This document shows positions 61,458-64,000 of a stretch of DNA of 64,000 nucleotides, in pieces (the first letter of the stretch is position 1; each line of letters opens with the position of its first letter). The notes beneath the pieces were generated by a model that worked only from the letters and a program-made list of their open reading frames with translations, made no database searches and was not told the DNA's origin. A program made the translations under genes and the position numbers. This stretch comes from Spirochaetia bacterium (GTDB lineage: Bacteria; Spirochaetota; Leptospiria; Turneriellales; JAOUFE01), in assembly GCA_029857955.1 (NCBI GenBank), contig JAOUFY010000001.1:95929-159928 (forward strand), written 5' to 3'.

Positions 61458-62786
61458 TTACAAATAAAATGGCTCCGGCAGGCCTAAAGAAGGTTGGAGT
61501 TTTAGTTCATTCCATTTTTTCTTGTGATGTTTAACTTCCATTTTTGTACCAAGATTACCGGCAAAATGTAAAAGCGGATGACTAAAATTACCTGGAAATC
61601 TTTTTAAAACATTGCCAAATCTTGAATATTCCTGCTTGGCCCAAATGTATCCTTCCAGCAATTGATCAGGGGTCATACCAATCGGTTTAAATACCACAGT
61701 ATCCCAATGATAGTCAATCCACTTGGTCGTTAAAACCCTGCCCTGTGCAAGCATATCGTCAAAAAACTTGGTACCAGGAAAAGGAGTCATGATATGAAAA
61801 CTCGCTGTACTTATTTTATTTCTATGCAAGAATTCCAGAGCTTCCGGAAACACAGCTTTTGTATCATCATCAAAACCAAATATAATGGAAGCATGAAAAT
61901 GAATACCGGCATCTTTAATTTTTTTAACCTGAGTCTCTAAATTTTCAAGACTGCTCATCGATTTATTAAATTTTTTCATCGTTGTAGGCGAAATCGACTC
62001 CAGGCCGAAATACAAGGCTTTACAGCCGCTTTTAGCGGCAAGCTCAAGTAAATCAGGATGACGCTGAATGGTTGAAATCGAACATTGTCCGCCCCAGCTA
62101 ATTTTTAAATCTCTTATTTCTTCAAAAAGTTTTTTAGCGTAAGAAGCTTTACCTAAAATATTGTCATCTAAAAAAACATAGTTCTTGCCCTTAGATTCAA
62201 TTAAATCTCTGACAACATGTTCAACCGGACGATGTCGAAGTTTACGACCATAAAACTCAGGAACTGAACAAAAATCACATGTAAATGGACAACCTCTGGT
62301 TGTCTCTGTAGGAATGGCATTAAAAGCGCTCTTTTTAGATTGTGATCTTGTAGGTAGGTGTACGTACTGATCAAGGGTCGGGCTGCCGCCTTTATAAAAT
62401 TTTTGAAGCTTACCATTTGCAAAATCATTTAATAAATTAACCCATACATTCTCAGCTTCTCCAACCACAACGCTGTCGCAGTTGAGTATGGCTTCATCAG
62501 GAAGAACAGTTGGATGAATCCCTCCCATTACTACCGTTTTACCCCTGCTTTTATATTCTCTTGCCAATTCATAACCCCTTGTAACAGTTGATGTCATACA
62601 GCTTATTCCCACCAAGTCACAAGTTTCATTTAAATCAGCTAATTCATATTCTTCTTCAACTATTTTTACATCATGTTCCTCCGGAGTTAAACCAGCAAGT
62701 ATATGTAATGCCAACTGTGGAATAGTGAGAGCATTTGGTGTTCTTTTTTCTTCCGCAACAACCGGTGATATTAAAAGGATTTTCAT
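61458..62786 (-). CDS. B12-binding-domain radical SAM protein
   Basis: N-terminal B12-binding-like domain (GISCMTS...VMGGIHPT) and RGCPFTCDFCSV (CxxxCxxC). 442 aa. Confidence 0.8.
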   Translation of the reverse strand: MKILLISPVVAEEKRTPNALTIPQLALHILAGLTPEEHDVKIVEEEYELADLNETCDLVGISCMTSTVTRGYELAREYKSRGKTVVMGGIHPTVLPDEAILNCDSVVVGEAENVWVNLLNDFANGKLQKFYKGGSPTLDQYVHLPTRSQSKKSAFNAIPTETTRGCPFTCDFCSVPEFYGRKLRHRPVEHVVRDLIESKGKNYVFLDDNILGKASYAKKLFEEIRDLKISWGGQCSISTIQRHPDLLELAAKSGCKALYFGLESISPTTMKKFNKSMSSLENLETQVKKIKDAGIHFHASIIFGFDDDTKAVFPEALEFLHRNKISTASFHIMTPFPGTKFFDDMLAQGRVLTTKWIDYHWDTVVFKPIGMTPDQLLEGYIWAKQEYSRFGNVLKRFPGNFSHPLLHFAGNLGTKMEVKHHKKKWNELKLQPSLGLPEPFYL

Positions 62787-63075
62787 ACTTTATTAGTTTT
62801 CAGTATAAACACACAGTCAAGTTTATTTTTTTACAATTTTAATTAAGCTCGCCCATAAAATCATTATATATTCATAATATTACTATAAGTTAATTTTATA
62901 ATAAAAAATACACAAATTTGAAACAGCGTTGTATAAATGATGAGAGAACCTTTACGTTTACCTTATGAATTTTACTCTATTTCTTATCTTCAGGCGTTAA
63001 CTGCAATATTGGTGATTTTTTATACAATTATAAACAATTTGGTTGACAAATGGTGTATAATGTCTACAATTTGAC

Positions 63076-63540
63076 ATGAGAAATTTAGCAAAAATTTTAA
63101 TTTACACTATACTTGCATCTGAAATACTTTTTGCAGGTACTGCCATAACTCCGGTTGGAAAATGGAAAACAATCGATGATAAAACCCATGAAATTTCTTC
63201 CATTGTTGAACTCTGGATTGACAACCATGGTCAATTACGCGGGAAAGTTGAGAAAGTGATAACAAAACCAGGCGAAGATCCAAACCCTGTTTGTGATAAA
63301 TGTACCGACGAAAATAAAAACAAACCTATCAACGGAATGGAAATCCTGTGGGGATTTAAACAAGAGAAGCAAAATGATCCAACAAAATGGGTTTCAGGCA
63401 AGATACTTGATCCAGATGAAGGTGAAATTTACAGTTGTGAACTTACCGTACTTGATGGCGGAAAGTCACTGAAAGTAAGAGGTTATATTGGCATCCCTCT
63501 GTTAGGACGCTCTCAAACCTGGCTTCGAACCGATCAATAG
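63076..63540 (+). CDS. DUF2147-family secreted protein
   Basis: Signal peptide. GKWKTIDD...ILDPDEGEIYSCEL...LKVRGYIG..LGRSQTW matches the DUF2147 pattern. Confidence 0.75.
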   Translation: MRNLAKILIYTILASEILFAGTAITPVGKWKTIDDKTHEISSIVELWIDNHGQLRGKVEKVITKPGEDPNPVCDKCTDENKNKPINGMEILWGFKQEKQNDPTKWVSGKILDPDEGEIYSCELTVLDGGKSLKVRGYIGIPLLGRSQTWLRTDQ

Positions 63541-63565
63541 AAATATTCTTTAGATTTATTTATAA

Positions 63566-63605
63566 CCCAACATTAAGGGTAAACTTATTATCCGTTAATG
63601 TTGGG
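63566..63605 (+). terminator. 11-bp hairpin downstream of the DUF2147 gene
   Basis: CCCAACATTAA (63566..63576) pairs with TTAATGTTGGG (63595..63605). The loop is 18 nt and the trailing T-run is weak. Confidence 0.4.
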
Positions 63606-63633
63606 CATCTTTAACGTGAGGATACCGCATACA

Positions 63634-64000
63634 ATGCAGCAAAATACTGAAAAATCGCACTTGATTAGTTGTTATCTCCCTGAACGAATTTTAAAAAATC
63701 TTTCTCAAACTAAAGACCATAAATTTAGCCGAACAGAATCGCTGACAGGCGGAGTTCTATTTTTTGATCTGGCCAGTTTTACGCCCTTAACAAAACTTTT
63801 AGCCCAGACAGGACCTCGCGGAGCTGAAAAACTGCAAGATATACTACTTGTATATTTCACCACGATGATTGATATCATTCATGAATTTGGCGGAAGTATC
63901 TATCAATTTGCTGGCGACTCTGCTTTAGCTGCTTTTGAAAAAGAAGAACATGAAGATGATTCCATGGCAGCTTCCCGTGTAGCATCCTGCGCATGGAAAA
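63634..64000 (+). CDS. class III adenylate/guanylate cyclase domain protein, N-terminal part (runs off the window)
   Basis: Hand translation MQQNTEKSHLISCYLPERI...GGVLFFDLASFTPLT...GGSIYQFAGDSALAAF matches the cyclase catalytic core (metal-binding Asp, F/AGD). The ORF is still open at 64000. Confidence 0.7.
   Translation, partial: MQQNTEKSHLISCYLPERILKNLSQTKDHKFSRTESLTGGVLFFDLASFTPLTKLLAQTGPRGAEKLQDILLVYFTTMIDIIHEFGGSIYQFAGDSALAAFEKEEHEDDSMAASRVASCAWK

Overview
This is a visibly AT-rich, almost fully coding 64-kb chromosomal segment. Gene content suggests a Leptospira-like spirochaete (inference). The evidence is a FlaB-type core flagellin, the diderm envelope genes bamA, mlaEFD and an lpxL-family gene, and several B12-radical-SAM, LamG, FGE-sulfatase, cNMP-binding and class III cyclase genes. 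Most of the window is housekeeping: V-type ATPase D/I, msrA, arsC, coaB, thiD, rimK, an AddA-like helicase-nuclease, serB, hisBHA, cheR, secG, ccmC, metF, gpsA, sufCBD plus a Rieske protein, clpSA, queD, argS, a DUF721/DciA-like gene with gyrB, slyD and rpiB. I found no rRNA, tRNA, CRISPR array, prophage or recognisable defence island. Two short genes are missing from the ORF track: rpmG (L33, 13855..14013) and a 54-aa membrane ORF (10466..10630). The best candidate for something new is the respiratory cluster at 4844..10630 on the minus strand. Its gene order is small TM ORF, CuA subunit II, a B-family-like heme-copper subunit I, SCO1/SenC, then a fusion of di-heme cytochrome b, two [4Fe-4S] motifs and an MvhD-like domain. 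In subunit I the His-Tyr cross-link tyrosine is replaced by Gln. This could be a nitric-oxide-reductase-like or uncharacterised heme-copper lineage with its own electron-entry module. The window also holds three families of short intergenic inverted-repeat (MITE/REP-like) elements, a strongly structured GGA-rich flaB leader, and an orphan terminator upstream of rpmG. All functional calls come from motif recognition by eye. No database search was run.
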